This document shows, one piece after another, positions 43,901-54,151 of a stretch of 64,000 nucleotides of DNA. The position numbers and the translations under genes are program-made. Below the pieces are notes generated by a model. That model was not told where the DNA came from. It was given only the letters and a program-made list of their open reading frames with translations, and did not search any database. Source of the stretch: Longimicrobiales bacterium (lineage in GTDB: Bacteria > Gemmatimonadota > Gemmatimonadetes > Longimicrobiales > Gaopeijiaceae). The stretch lies in the NCBI GenBank assembly GCA_965198065.1, contig CBDAON010000004.1:512001-576000 (forward strand). The letters run 5' to 3'. Each line of letters opens with the position of its first letter. Within the stretch, counting starts at the first letter, position 1.

Positions 43901-44105
43901 CCAGATCCTTGATCGTACGGGAGATGATGTGGTGGAGGCCCGGACGGCCGTTCGCGGTGGGTGGGCCCTCGTAGAAGACGAACGGCTCCCGACCGGCCGT
44001 GACCTCGAGCGTGCGCCGGAACAGGTCCTCCTCCCTCCACCGGGCGAGGATCTGCTCCTCGATCGCGAGGAGGCTCTCCGGAACGGCGGGATAGCGCGCG
44101 CTCAC
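40944..44105 (-). CDS. ileS: Isoleucine--tRNA ligase, type 2
   Basis: FYEGPPTANG, GLHH, GWDTHGLP, WTTTPWT, DQTRGWF, KMSKS, IleRS2-type C-terminus. Confidence 0.96.
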   Translation of the reverse strand: MSARYPAVPESLLAIEEQILARWREEDLFRRTLEVTAGREPFVFYEGPPTANGRPGLHHIISRTIKDLVCRHRAMQGRDVTRMAGWDTHGLPVEIEAERKLGISGKPDIERIGIERFNQVCRESVFTYQDDWERLSERIGYWLDYSRPYVTFHTPYIESVWWILKQLAEKGLLYRGQKSVPYCPRCGTALSSHEVAQGYDDVEDPSLYFLAEWTDEAGRPDPERRAFLVWTTTPWTVPSNTVLAVRSDLTYAEVEWEGRRIWLAESRVPEVFGDDARILETRSGSDLVGIRYRRVLDLVPVTDEELLSGWTVVAEDFVSAEEGSGIVHMAPAFGADDYAVGQRRGLPLLRPVDDRGRFREEIPVVGGLFVKDADAVLIKELRKVGALFRVGTVTHSYPHCWRCDSPLIYMVRNSWFAATSTLKDRMLENNHQIGWHPPDVGEGRFGEWLQNNVDWALSRDRFWGTPLPVWVCESDPEHVEWIGSVAELEERAGPLDEGFDPHRPWIDALTWGCRECEGVMKRDPAVIDAWFDSGAMPYAQWHWPFEHETEFRRHFPADFICEGLDQTRGWFYSLLAIGTMLDVGPVYRNVIVNGLILDEEGQKMSKSKGNVVDPWDAIGEFGADPLRWYLITSSSPLVAKRYDPEGVREAARRLFDTLLNTYRFFALYGNVDGWRPGDDDPSPGERSLLDRWLLSRLSRTVAEVGSELDSYQLTHAYRLVADFVSEDLSNWYVRRSRPRFWGNTDSSDARAAFRTLWEVLVTVSRILGPIIPFFSDWLHRALDEGRSVHLASFPTADAAGVDRELEGEMAAVRVLVSLGRAAREEVTIRVRQPLRLLQGVVPTGCQPRPELLGLLQDELNVKEVRFLASADELVRRVARPSFRALGPRFQKRSEEAATAIRALGGEALSAFGRGEVVTIRVGGEDVPLEHEWLEIHEEAAGDLVVKAEDGHVAALDPTLDDELRAEGMARELVSRIQRLRKDAGLKITDRIRLGIAGPEEVRAALARHRELIARETLALEVEGAAEDLDGRYDAFVEDKIDETRVRLALSRAG

Positions 44106-44148
44106 CTCAGCCCCCCAGTCCCCTCGTAACTCCGGCGCAGCTCCATGG

Positions 44149-44988
44149 TCAGAGCTCCTTCACGACGTCCCGGAGGAGCGCCGCGAGCCACGGCTCCGCG
44201 TCGCGGGCTGTGGTGACGACGGCCGGCGCGTCCACCGGCTCCGGGTGCTCCGGATCGCAGACGTCGGTCACGATCATGACGCCGAGCACGGGCATCCCCA
44301 TGTGACGGGCCACGATCACCTCCGGGACGGTCGAAGCGCCGACCACGTCGGCGCCTAAGGTTCGGAGCATGCCGCACTCCCCGCGCGTCTCCAGGTTCGG
44401 CCCCACGACAGCAGCGAGCACTCCACGGTGGAGGCGCACGCCACGGGCCCGGGCCGCCTCGAGCGCCCGCTCCTTGAGCTTCCGATCGTACGGCTCGGAC
44501 ATGTCCGGAAATCGGGGGCCGAGCTCGTCCAGGTTCGGACCCACGAGCGGGCTGTCGCCCATGAGGTTGATCTGGTCGTCCAGGAGAACCAGGTCACCAC
44601 GGGTCAGAGTCGGACCGAGCCCCGTGCACGGGCCCGAAACGATCAGGGTCTCGGCTCCCAGGAGGCGCGCGACGCGAACCGGGAGTGTCACGTCCTGGAG
44701 GGAGCATCCCTCGTAGCGGTGAGGCCCGCCCTCGAGGGCTACGGTCGGGACGCCGTCCAAGTGCCCGAGGAGGAGCCGGCCCGCACGCGCTCCGTGCCCG
44801 GCGAAGGGGAAGCCCGGGATCTCCTCGTACCCGACGGCGACGTCAGCCTCGATCACGTCCGACACGCCCTCGAGCCCGGAATCGAGGACGACGGCCACCC
44901 TGGGCTCGAACCGGGAGCGCTCCCGCACCCCGTCCCGGGCCGCGTGGAGTGAGCCCATCCTCTCCTCGGCAACGACCACCGGGGTCAC
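44149..44988 (-). CDS. Purine nucleoside phosphorylase (trimeric type), divergent
   Basis: HRYEG, GPRFPDMS, GPNLET, STVPE. Confidence 0.85.
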   Translation of the reverse strand: MTPVVVAEERMGSLHAARDGVRERSRFEPRVAVVLDSGLEGVSDVIEADVAVGYEEIPGFPFAGHGARAGRLLLGHLDGVPTVALEGGPHRYEGCSLQDVTLPVRVARLLGAETLIVSGPCTGLGPTLTRGDLVLLDDQINLMGDSPLVGPNLDELGPRFPDMSEPYDRKLKERALEAARARGVRLHRGVLAAVVGPNLETRGECGMLRTLGADVVGASTVPEVIVARHMGMPVLGVMIVTDVCDPEHPEPVDAPAVVTTARDAEPWLAALLRDVVKEL

Positions 44989-45716
44989 GTCTCGCTCCGC
45001 TCCGATTCCGCGATGCCCGGCTCCTGTACCTCCTCCACGTCCGGCACCGCCGACGCGTCCTCCGGATCGAGCGGCTCCGCTTGGCCGGGCGTCCCGTCCG
45101 CTCGCGTCTCGGTTTTGGAGCCGTCCGCGCTGGAGGCCGAGCTCCCGGGCTCAGAAGCCTGGTCCGTCAGGAGGGAGTCGAGGGAGCGCGTCTCCTCGGC
45201 GCCGGGCACCGCTTCCGAACGACATCCGATCGACTCGAGGTCCACGTCCAGGAGCGGCAGGCTCGCCTCCTCGGCCTCGAGGGCATCCATCTGACACTCG
45301 AGCAGCGTGCGGAACGTGGCGAGGAAACGGGCGCGCGCTCGGCTCAGGGTCCTCAATTCGCCCCTCCGCTCCTCGACGAAGCGCTCCACCCCGTCCCGGA
45401 TCACCTGCGCCGCTCCTTCCGCCTCCCGCCGGACCAGCTCCGCCTCTCGCTTGGCCTGCTCCTTGATCTCTTCCCGGAGCGCCTGGGCGGTGACGAGGGC
45501 TTCCTGAACGGCTTTCTCCCTTCCATCCTGGTCGCGAACGCGGACCTCGAGCCCCCCGACTCGCTCCCTCAAGGTCATGGTCTCCCTCACCAGCTCTTCG
45601 AGTCGTTCGGCCACGAGCTCCAGGAAGTGGTCCACCTCCTGGGGGTCGTAGCCCCGCATCGTCTTCGCGAAATCTCCCTTCTTCTTTCGGACGTCCAGCG
45701 GCGTGAGATCGATCAT
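44985..45716 (-). CDS. divIVA: DivIVA domain protein
   Basis: LTPLDVR..F...MRGYDPQEVDHFL plus coiled coil. Confidence 0.88.
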   Translation of the reverse strand: MIDLTPLDVRKKKGDFAKTMRGYDPQEVDHFLELVAERLEELVRETMTLRERVGGLEVRVRDQDGREKAVQEALVTAQALREEIKEQAKREAELVRREAEGAAQVIRDGVERFVEERRGELRTLSRARARFLATFRTLLECQMDALEAEEASLPLLDVDLESIGCRSEAVPGAEETRSLDSLLTDQASEPGSSASSADGSKTETRADGTPGQAEPLDPEDASAVPDVEEVQEPGIAESERSET

Positions 45717-46453
45717 TCCGGTCTCTCCCCCAAGAGAACAGTGCCCAGCCTCACGATGGTGCTCCCCTCCTCCACGGCAATCTCGAAGTCGTTCGACATA
45801 CCCATGGAGAGGTCCATCCCTCCATATCCTGTAACCCTCTTGCTGGCTTCCTCTTGCAACTCTCGCAGCCTCCGGAAGGTCCGGCGGAGAACCTCCTCGT
45901 CGTTCGTCCACGGGGCCATCGTCATGAGCCCCGCGACCTCGAGCGTCGGAAGCTCCAGCACGCGCTCCATCCCGTCCAGCAACTCCTCCGGGGCGAAGCC
46001 GCTCTTCGACCCCTCCCCGGAGGCGTTCACTTGGAGGAGGACTCGAAGCGGAGCGGCGTCCCCTTCGGCCGGCCCCATAGCTCCGCCGGCATCGTCGGGC
46101 GATGCCGGCCCAAGCCCGTCCAGCCGCTCCGCCAGCCGTACTGAATCTACGGAGTGCACGAGGTCGGCGACGCCCCTCACCCTCGGAGCCTTCCTCCTCT
46201 GCAGGTTGCCGATCATGTGCCAGCGAGCCACGCCGTCCGGGGTACGTCCCACCTTTTCTTCGAGTTCCCCCAGACGATTCTCGCCAAGGTCCCGGAGCCC
46301 GGCCTCAAGCGCCGCCTCCACGGCCTCGTATCCGTGCCCCTTCGTGACCGTCACGATCCGAACCGCCTCTGGGTCCCGTCCGGCCCGTCGGGCGGCCGCT
46401 TCGATTCGCCCACGAACCCGCGGAAGCGTATCTCGCAGGCGCCCCTCGTACAT
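45713..46453 (-). CDS. yggS: PLP homeostasis protein (YggS family)
   Basis: VTK, GEN, WHMIGNLQ, GLMTM, LSMGMSND, VRLGT. Confidence 0.93.
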   Translation of the reverse strand: MYEGRLRDTLPRVRGRIEAAARRAGRDPEAVRIVTVTKGHGYEAVEAALEAGLRDLGENRLGELEEKVGRTPDGVARWHMIGNLQRRKAPRVRGVADLVHSVDSVRLAERLDGLGPASPDDAGGAMGPAEGDAAPLRVLLQVNASGEGSKSGFAPEELLDGMERVLELPTLEVAGLMTMAPWTNDEEVLRRTFRRLRELQEEASKRVTGYGGMDLSMGMSNDFEIAVEEGSTIVRLGTVLLGERPE

Positions 46454-46607
46454 CTCGTCGTTCCCGGCACCCAAGACGCGAGGCCCCGCTGACCGCTGAC
46501 CGGCCAACGGGGCCTCACCTCTCGGCTTGGTGGCTTCGCCCGGGGTCAGCTCGGCGTCGTCTCCAAGGTAATGGAAATCGCAACCTCACCCGCGAAGCTG
46601 CCCCGGC

Positions 46608-47057
<450 letters not shown>

Positions 47058-47061
47058 TAGG

Positions 47062-47496
47062 TTAGGTCTCCAGAACCTGAAGTGAGATTCGCCTGGCGCC
47101 CGCCAGCTGGAGGGCGTCCAGCACCGAGATCATGTACTGGTGCGCGGCGTCAGGGTGCGTCCTCACGGCCGCGATGATGTTCGGGTTCGTCTCGAACTCG
47201 GCCCTCCAGATCTGCTCGATCTGGCGAGCCAGCACCGTCTGTGCGGTTTCGCTGTCGCCGCGGCGGACCTGCACCGTGCCGTCGGACTGGATCTCGACGT
47301 AGAGAACGTCCCGCTGGGCCACCTCCAGCTCGGCGGCGTCCTCGGGGAGCACGACCCTGAGGCCCTGGTCCCTCGGGAAGACCGTGGTCACGAGGAAGAA
47401 GAAGAGGAGTAGGAACGCGATGTCCGCCATGGAGGCGGTGGGGATCGCGTCCGTCACCTGGGACTTGCGCTTCAGAATCGCCACCGCGCCTCCCAC
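47062..47496 (-). CDS. exbD: ExbD/TolR family protein
   Basis: SMADIAFLLLFFFLVTT. Confidence 0.9.
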   Translation of the reverse strand: MGGAVAILKRKSQVTDAIPTASMADIAFLLLFFFLVTTVFPRDQGLRVVLPEDAAELEVAQRDVLYVEIQSDGTVQVRRGDSETAQTVLARQIEQIWRAEFETNPNIIAAVRTHPDAAHQYMISVLDALQLAGARRISLQVLET

Positions 47497-47518
47497 TGGG
47501 ACGGTGTCGGGTCGTTTC

Positions 47519-48216
47519 CTATAGGGTGCCGACCTTCCCCGCCTTTTCGAGGTCCCAGACCAGGTTCAGGACCTCTTGGCTGCCTGCTCCATGTCCACGA
47601 TGAGCTTGTCGATCCGCGACACGAAGAAGTTGTACGTGAGGTTCACCGGAATCGCGATCAGGAGGCCCGTCGCCGTCGTGACAAGGGCGACCTTGATACC
47701 GCCCGCGACGAGGGCCGGTTCCACGTTTCCGGACACCTCGATGGTCGCGAACGCCTGGATCATCCCGACGACGGTGCCGAGGAAACCCATGAGCGGAGCC
47801 ACGTTCGCGATCGTCGCCAGGATCACGAGGCCGCGCTCCAAGAACGCGAGCTCGATCGTGCCGGTGGCGGCGATCACCCGCTCCAGCTCGTCCTCCTGCA
47901 CCTGCCCGCTCCGGATCCGGAGGAGCCCCACGAGGAGGATCGCCGCGGTGGGTCCCGCGGTCGCCCTACACCTCTGGATCGCTTCGTCCAGACGCCCCGC
48001 CTCGGTCAGCACCCTCACCTCGGCGAGGATCCGGTTGGTCTGGCGGTGCGCCACCCGGAGCGTGTAACCCTTCGCGAGGATGACGCCGAGCCCGATGAGC
48101 GAGCTCAGGACGAGGGGGTACATCATGAATCCCCCGTCCGTGAAGAGCGTCATCAGGGAATATTCTGAGCTCAGACCCGCCTCCTTGTCGACGCCTGGCC
48201 GGACCAGGCACGCCAA
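47519..48216 (-). CDS. exbB: MotA/TolQ/ExbB proton channel (apparent 1-nt deletion near the end; start uncertain)
   Basis: APLMGFLGTVVGMI, ALVTTATGL. An alternate frame continues EVLNLVWDLEK to the TAG at 47519. Confidence 0.88.
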
Positions 48217-48262
48217 CGTACAGATCGACGCGGCCGACTGTCAACGCGGCGCCCGCCGAGAT

Positions 48263-49066
48263 TCATCCCGCCGCGGGGGCGAGTCCCCGAGCTCGCCCGG
48301 GGGCCGGCACAGCCCCTTCGACCAGCTGTCGTAGCCGCGCCAGTCCCACTCCCACTTCGAGCCGTCCCCCGTGAGCAACCGAGACCCTGGCGGTCTCCTC
48401 GCTCACGACGATCACGAGGGCGTCGGATTCCTCCGCGAGGCCCAGGGCCGCTCGGTGCCGCGTACCGAGCGACTTGTCCAGGAGAGGCGTCTGGGTGAGC
48501 GGAAGAATCGCTCCGGCCGCCTTGATGGTGTCTCCCGAGATGATCACGGCCCCGTCGTGGAGGGGCGAGAGCGGGGTGAAGATCGTCGTGACCATCTCGC
48601 GCGAGACGCGAGCCTCGAGCGAGCTCCCCGTAGCAGCGTACTCGGCCAGGCCGACCTCGTTCTCCAGCACGATGATGGCCCCCGTGCTCGTCCGCGCCAG
48701 CTGCTCGACCGCCTCCAAGACCTCGTCCACCACCTGTCGGCTTTCTAGCTTTGCGAAAACTCGGAACATGTGCGTCTGCCCGAGCCGGGCCAGGGCGGAT
48801 CTCAGCTCGGGCTGGAAGACCACGAGCGCCGCAATGGCGCCGTACTGGAAGAGGGTCTCGAGGATGGTGCCGATGAGCGAGAAGTCCAGCATCCGAGCCA
48901 GGAAGTAGACGGCTCCGAGGAGCCCCACCCCGAGGATCATCTGCATGGCCCGGGTTCGCTGGAGGAGCAGGAGGAGCCGGTAGACGAGGGCCGCCACGAT
49001 CGCGATCTCGACCAGGTCGGCCCACCCCGGCCTCAAGAGCTGCACCTGCTCCCACAGAGAGCTCAC
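48263..49066 (-). CDS. cdaA: Diadenylate cyclase CdaA
   Basis: N-terminal TM segments, FQPELR, LHDGA, GTRHRAA, VSEE. Confidence 0.93.
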   Translation of the reverse strand: MSSLWEQVQLLRPGWADLVEIAIVAALVYRLLLLLQRTRAMQMILGVGLLGAVYFLARMLDFSLIGTILETLFQYGAIAALVVFQPELRSALARLGQTHMFRVFAKLESRQVVDEVLEAVEQLARTSTGAIIVLENEVGLAEYAATGSSLEARVSREMVTTIFTPLSPLHDGAVIISGDTIKAAGAILPLTQTPLLDKSLGTRHRAALGLAEESDALVIVVSEETARVSVAHGGRLEVGVGLARLRQLVEGAVPAPGRARGLAPAAG

Positions 49067-49076
49067 TTCGTGCTCC

Positions 49077-49970
49077 TCACCTCCGTTCCGCCGTGATCGC
49101 TTCCGCTACGAGAAGCGCGTGCCTCGCGGCTGCCACGTCGTGCACCCGGAAGATACTCGCGCCCGCGAGATAGGCCATCGCGCAAGCGACCGCCGACCCC
49201 ACGACCCGCTCCTTCGGGGGAACCCCCAGGATCGGCTGGAGGAAGCTCTTTCGGCTGGGGCCCACGAGGACGGGGAGACCAAGCTCACCCAGCCGCTGCA
49301 GGCGGGCCAGGAGGCGAAGGCTCTGCTGGGCAGTCTTGGCGAAGCCGATCCCCGGGTCCACGACCAGCGCGTCCCGGGCGATGCGGGCGTCGAGCGCGCG
49401 CTGGACCGCTCCCCGGAGCTCACCCAGGACCTCCCCTTCCAGGTCGTCGTAGACCGCTCTCTCCACCATGTCGTCGGGGGTCCCGCGAATGTGCATGAGC
49501 ACGATCCCGGCCCCGGCCTCCTGCACTACCTCCGGCATCTCGGAATCGAAGGCCAGGGCAGATACGTCGTTTACGATGGCCGCCCCCGCAGACAGCGCGG
49601 CGCGGGCCACGGACGCCTTCCGTGTATCCACGGAGAGGGGGACGGAGACGCGATCCCGGAGCGCCTCCACGACCGGCCCCACCCGCCCGATCTCCTCCTC
49701 GGCCGAGACCGCCCGGGCCCCAGGTCGGGTGGACTCACCCCCCAGATCGAGGAGGGCCGCTCCCTCATCCACCATCCGCTCCGCCCGCTCGACAGCGGAC
49801 GCCACGCTCGGGAGCTCCCCGCCATCCGAGAACGAGTCGGGTGTCAGGTTCAGGATCCCCATGATCACCGGACGCTCGAGAGAGAGCGTCCCTCCGGCGA
49901 TCGCCCAGGCGTCGGGCGCACTCAGGACGTCGGGACGTCCCGGGACGTGAGGTGCTGCTCCTGGCGTCAA
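49077..49970 (-). CDS. folP: Dihydropteroate synthase
   Basis: MGILNLTPDSFSDGG, GESTRPG, DPGIGF, SRKSF, RVHDV. Confidence 0.95.
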   Translation of the reverse strand: MTPGAAPHVPGRPDVLSAPDAWAIAGGTLSLERPVIMGILNLTPDSFSDGGELPSVASAVERAERMVDEGAALLDLGGESTRPGARAVSAEEEIGRVGPVVEALRDRVSVPLSVDTRKASVARAALSAGAAIVNDVSALAFDSEMPEVVQEAGAGIVLMHIRGTPDDMVERAVYDDLEGEVLGELRGAVQRALDARIARDALVVDPGIGFAKTAQQSLRLLARLQRLGELGLPVLVGPSRKSFLQPILGVPPKERVVGSAVACAMAYLAGASIFRVHDVAAARHALLVAEAITAERR

Positions 49971-49995
49971 CGATTCGGGCCCGGGATGGGCCGAT

Positions 49996-52116
49996 TCATC
50001 CCCGGGTGGCGTCGGGGTCCGGCTCCTCGGCCTTCAGGCGCGCGACCGGGCTCGAGACGGGGGCCTCCTCGTCGGAGTGCGCCGCCTCCCCGACGGTCTC
50101 GGGGACCCGGTCCTCCTCCTCTTTCGCTCTCCGCGGCTTCTCTCGGGGACCCGGGGCACCCGCGTCCTCACCTCCTTCCTCCTGTTCCGACTGGGGCTTC
50201 GGCTCCTCGGCCTCGATCTCGGCGCGGCGCTGGTCGAGCGGGGGCAACGACTCGCCCCGGGCGAGGAGATCCACCTCCTTGCGCCCCAGCGTTTCCCGCT
50301 CGAGGAGCGCCTGCGCGATCGCCTCGATCAGGTTAGGGTCTCCCTCGAGGACGCGACGAGCCCGTTCGTGAGCCTCGTCCAGGATCCGCTTCACCTCCTG
50401 GTCCACGAGCTGCGCGGTGTACTCGGAGACGTCCCGACGCTGCGCCATGTCCCGCCCCAGGAAGACCTCGTGCTCGGCTTCGCCGACGGCCATGAGGCCG
50501 ATGAGGTCGGACATGCCGAAACGGGCCACCATGCGGCGGGCCATCTCGGTGGCCCGCTCGATGTCGTTCCCCGCCCCGGTCGTGATCTTCGTCGGCCCGA
50601 AGATCATCTCTTCGGCGACCCGTCCGCCGTACAGCATCGAGAGCTGCCCCTCGAGCCACTCCTTCGTGTAGGAGTGGCGATCCTCCTCGGGAAGCGAGGC
50701 CGTGATGCCGAGGGCACGACCGCGGGGCACGATCGTCACCTTGTGGATGGGATCGAGGCCCGGAGTCCGAAGCCCGACCACGGCGTGTCCCGCCTCGTGG
50801 TAGGCCGTCAGCTTTCGCTCGTTTTCGGTGAGGACCATGCTCCGGCGCTCGGTGCCGAGCATGACCTTGTCCTTGGCCGTCTCGAAGTCGTCCATGGACA
50901 CCTTCTCGGCGCCCCGGCGAGCCGCGAGGAGCGCGGCCTCGTTGCAGATGTTCTCCAGGTCGGCGCCCGAGAGCCCGGGCGTCCCCTTCGCGACGACCGA
51001 GAGCTCCACGTCGTCCTCGAGCGGGAGCTTCCGGGCGTGTACCTTTAGGATCTGCTCCCTCCCAAGCACGTCGGGCAAATCCACGACAACCTGCCGGTCG
51101 AAGCGGCCCGGACGGAGCAGCGCTGGATCGAGCACGTCCGGCCGGTTCGTGGCAGCCAGTAGGATCACGCCCTCGTTGGACTCGAAGCCGTCCATCTCCA
51201 CCAGGAGCTGATTGAGCGTCTGCTCGCGCTCGTCGTGCCCGCCGCCGAGCCCGGCGCCTCGATGCCGCCCGACGGCGTCGATTTCGTCGATAAAGATGAT
51301 GCAGGGTGCGTGCGCCTTCCCCTGCTCGAAGAGGTCACGAACTCTCGACGCCCCGACCCCCACGAACATCTCGACGAAGTCCGATCCGGACATCTGGAAG
51401 AACGGGCGTCCCGCCTCGCCCGCCACGGCCTTGGCCATGAGCGTCTTCCCGGTGCCGGGCGCGCCAACGAGCAGCACCCCCTTGGGGAGCCGTCCCCCCA
51501 GCCGGGAGAACTTCTGCGGATCCTTCAGGAACTCAATGATCTCCTGGAGCTCGTCCTTCGCCTCGTCCGCGCCGGCCACGTCGGTGAAGGTCACCTTGGG
51601 GGTGTCGGGCGAGATCAGCTTCGCCTTCGACCGACCGAACTGGAACGCCTTGTTCCCCCCGCCCTGCATCGTGCGGAGGAGCCAGAACCAGAAAACGATA
51701 AGGATGACCCAGGGGAGCGCGGAGATGAGGAACGTCCACCACGGAGTCTGCACTGGCTCGCCACGGACCGTCACTCCCTGCGTCTCGAAATCCGCGAGGA
51801 GCCCTTCCGGGTTCGCGAAGGGCAGGTTCGTCTCGAACGCGATGAACTCGGTGTTGTTGCGGACGACCGGTCTCCTGAACTCGCCCTCCACGCGGACGCC
51901 CTGGACGACCGTCACCTCCTGGATGTTCCCCTGCTCTAGCTGCTCCCGGAAGTCCGTGTACGAGAACTCAAGGCTGGGCTCGCCCCGCCCTCTCATGAGG
52001 TTCAGGAACAAGAGAGGCAGAAGGATCAGGAGGATCCAGAACGAGGCGCTACGCGACAGGCGGGTCCACGTCGCCTCCTTGGGGTCCTGCGATCGCGGCG
52101 GTTGGCGTTGAGCCAT
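49996..52116 (-). CDS. ftsH: ATP-dependent zinc metalloprotease FtsH
   Basis: [27 protein letters not shown]. Confidence 0.97.
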   Translation of the reverse strand: MAQRQPPRSQDPKEATWTRLSRSASFWILLILLPLLFLNLMRGRGEPSLEFSYTDFREQLEQGNIQEVTVVQGVRVEGEFRRPVVRNNTEFIAFETNLPFANPEGLLADFETQGVTVRGEPVQTPWWTFLISALPWVILIVFWFWLLRTMQGGGNKAFQFGRSKAKLISPDTPKVTFTDVAGADEAKDELQEIIEFLKDPQKFSRLGGRLPKGVLLVGAPGTGKTLMAKAVAGEAGRPFFQMSGSDFVEMFVGVGASRVRDLFEQGKAHAPCIIFIDEIDAVGRHRGAGLGGGHDEREQTLNQLLVEMDGFESNEGVILLAATNRPDVLDPALLRPGRFDRQVVVDLPDVLGREQILKVHARKLPLEDDVELSVVAKGTPGLSGADLENICNEAALLAARRGAEKVSMDDFETAKDKVMLGTERRSMVLTENERKLTAYHEAGHAVVGLRTPGLDPIHKVTIVPRGRALGITASLPEEDRHSYTKEWLEGQLSMLYGGRVAEEMIFGPTKITTGAGNDIERATEMARRMVARFGMSDLIGLMAVGEAEHEVFLGRDMAQRRDVSEYTAQLVDQEVKRILDEAHERARRVLEGDPNLIEAIAQALLERETLGRKEVDLLARGESLPPLDQRRAEIEAEEPKPQSEQEEGGEDAGAPGPREKPRRAKEEEDRVPETVGEAAHSDEEAPVSSPVARLKAEEPDPDATRG

Positions 52117-52122
52117 CTCGCG

Positions 52123-52683
52123 TCACTCGCTTCGGGGTGCCAGCTCGGGGACCCCGTCAAGGCTGCCGATATACGGAAGGTGCCGGAAGCTCTCCGCGTG
52201 ATCTAGGCCGTACCCGACGACGAACTCCCCGGGAGCGTCGAAGCCGACCCACCGGGGCTCCTTCTCGAGTCGGACTCTACGCTTGTGGAGGAGAACGCAA
52301 AGCTCAAGGCTCTCCGGCCCCCGCGCCTCGAGCAGGGGCACGACCAAGCCGACGGTGGACCCGGCATCCACGATGTCTTCCACCAAGATAACGTGTCGGT
52401 CCCGGATTCGGACCCCGGGATCGTAGAGGAACTCGACCTCTCCGGACGAGGCGCGTCCGGCCCCGTAGCTCGACGCGATCATGAAGTCCACGTGGAAGGG
52501 GACCTGGATCTCGCGCACGAGGTCCGCGAGGAAGATGAACGAGCCCTTGAGGAGGCCGAGCACCAGGAGGTCGTCCAGACCCTCGTAGTGCCGGGTGATC
52601 TCCAGGCCCATCTCGGTGACCCGCGTGGCGATCTGCTCCCGTGTGTACACGACGCTCCGGACGGTATCAGTCCCCGCCGACAC
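52123..52683 (-). CDS. hpt: Hypoxanthine phosphoribosyltransferase
   Basis: LKGSFIFLADL, VEDIVDAG, FVVGYGLD. Confidence 0.92.
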   Translation of the reverse strand: MSAGTDTVRSVVYTREQIATRVTEMGLEITRHYEGLDDLLVLGLLKGSFIFLADLVREIQVPFHVDFMIASSYGAGRASSGEVEFLYDPGVRIRDRHVILVEDIVDAGSTVGLVVPLLEARGPESLELCVLLHKRRVRLEKEPRWVGFDAPGEFVVGYGLDHAESFRHLPYIGSLDGVPELAPRSE

Positions 52684-54151
52684 ACCGCACCCCCACGTGC
52701 CAGGGCTCCTCGGACCCGAGGGCCCCCGGTGCCGGCCCCCCTTCGCGCCGCACCCGATCGGCCGGAGCCAGGTGCCTGCCGGCAATCCAGATGACCACCT
52801 CCTCGGCGTCCACGAGCAACGGGAGCCGCCCCCGCTCTTCCTTCGGGATGCGAAGCTCACCGAACAGTTTCTTCAGCTTCTTACCTCCTCCAAACGTTCG
52901 GGTGCGGTCCCCGTCCTGCCACGATCGGAGCTGGAGGGGGAAGGCCAACTCCGAGGGGGAGAAGGCGGCCCACTCCCATGCGGGCTCTGCCCCGCCGGCA
53001 CCCTCGGCCGCCCCGACGCCCCAGCGCGCCTCGTAGTCGCGCCCAGAGCAGGCGAACGCCCCGCGTCCGGCCATGACGGAGGAGATCTCTAGGGACCGCC
53101 GTGACCCTCGCCGCCCGATTCGAAGGCGGCCCTCCCGAGCGCCGCCGCCCGCGGGGTCTCGGCTCTCGGGCACCTCGTCCCCATGGCGAGAGGGCGCGCC
53201 CCGCTCCAGCGCGAACTGGTCAAAGGAGCGCCGGATCGTGACTTCTCCCGAGAGCCGAACCTCCCCCCCACTGGAACCTCTCGTCATAAACTGGAGGGCA
53301 GCCTCAGTTCCAGAAACTGACGGAACGAACCCGATGGAGGCACTCAGCCGGCGGAAGACCTCGGTCCTCTCCTCTCCGCCCAGCGCGAGGAAGCGGTCCC
53401 GGTCGATCCTAAGGCCGTCATTCCAGCGCTCGACGACCACCGACTGGACGAGGGGCTCCATGAGCCGGTCCAGAAGAAGCGCCGCGTCGGCCGCGTGGCG
53501 GGCCAGACGGAGCACGCTCTCCCGCGCCCCGGGATGGATGCGCTCGAGGAGGGGCAGGAGCTCATGCCGCACGCGGTTCCGCGCGAAGCGGAGGGAGCGG
53601 TTCGTCGAGTCCTCGCGTGGCCGGAGCTTCCAGTTCCGCACGTAGGCCGCGATCTCCGCGCGCGCGAAAGGAAGCAGGGGCCTGAGGATCCCCGGCTCCC
53701 GCGCTTCCGGGATCCCGCGGAGGCCCTCGAGGCCGCTCCCTCGAGCGAGGCGGAACAGAACGGTCTCGACCTGGTCGTCCGCGTGGTGGGCCGTGACCAC
53801 CCAGCGGGCGCCCGTCCGCGCCCTCACGTCCTCGAGGAACGCGTAGCGGAGATCCCGCGCCTCGCGCTCGGTCCCCGGAGCCTCGGACGCTCGCTCCGTG
53901 TGGAGTGGGACACCCCACGCCGCGGTCAGCCCCGAGAGCCACCTCGCGTCCTCTCCCGAGGCGGCCCGCATGCCGTGGTCGAAATGCGCGGCCTCGACAC
54001 GGAGCCCCAGGCCGGGCAGAGCGAAGCGGACCAGGTGCAGGAGGCCGAGCGAGTCGAGGCCGCCCGAGCACGCGACGATCACGAGATCGCCGGACGAGAC
54101 CCACCCTCGCTCGCCTAGGTGCGCTTCGAAGCGGCCCGGAAGGTCCGTCAC
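52667..54151 (-). CDS. tilS: tRNA(Ile)-lysidine synthetase
   Basis: SGGLDS, AHHADDQVET, RPLL, RNRVRH, KKLKKLF. Confidence 0.93.
   Translation of the reverse strand: MTDLPGRFEAHLGERGWVSSGDLVIVACSGGLDSLGLLHLVRFALPGLGLRVEAAHFDHGMRAASGEDARWLSGLTAAWGVPLHTERASEAPGTEREARDLRYAFLEDVRARTGARWVVTAHHADDQVETVLFRLARGSGLEGLRGIPEAREPGILRPLLPFARAEIAAYVRNWKLRPREDSTNRSLRFARNRVRHELLPLLERIHPGARESVLRLARHAADAALLLDRLMEPLVQSVVVERWNDGLRIDRDRFLALGGEERTEVFRRLSASIGFVPSVSGTEAALQFMTRGSSGGEVRLSGEVTIRRSFDQFALERGAPSRHGDEVPESRDPAGGGAREGRLRIGRRGSRRSLEISSVMAGRGAFACSGRDYEARWGVGAAEGAGGAEPAWEWAAFSPSELAFPLQLRSWQDGDRTRTFGGGKKLKKLFGELRIPKEERGRLPLLVDAEEVVIWIAGRHLAPADRVRREGGPAPGALGSEEPWHVGVRCVGGD

Noticed and set aside
41961..46499. Long plus-strand ORFs (e.g. 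41961-43805, 44685-46499) and similar shadow ORFs elsewhere
   Set aside because: They are antisense or off-frame artefacts of high GC over well-supported genes.
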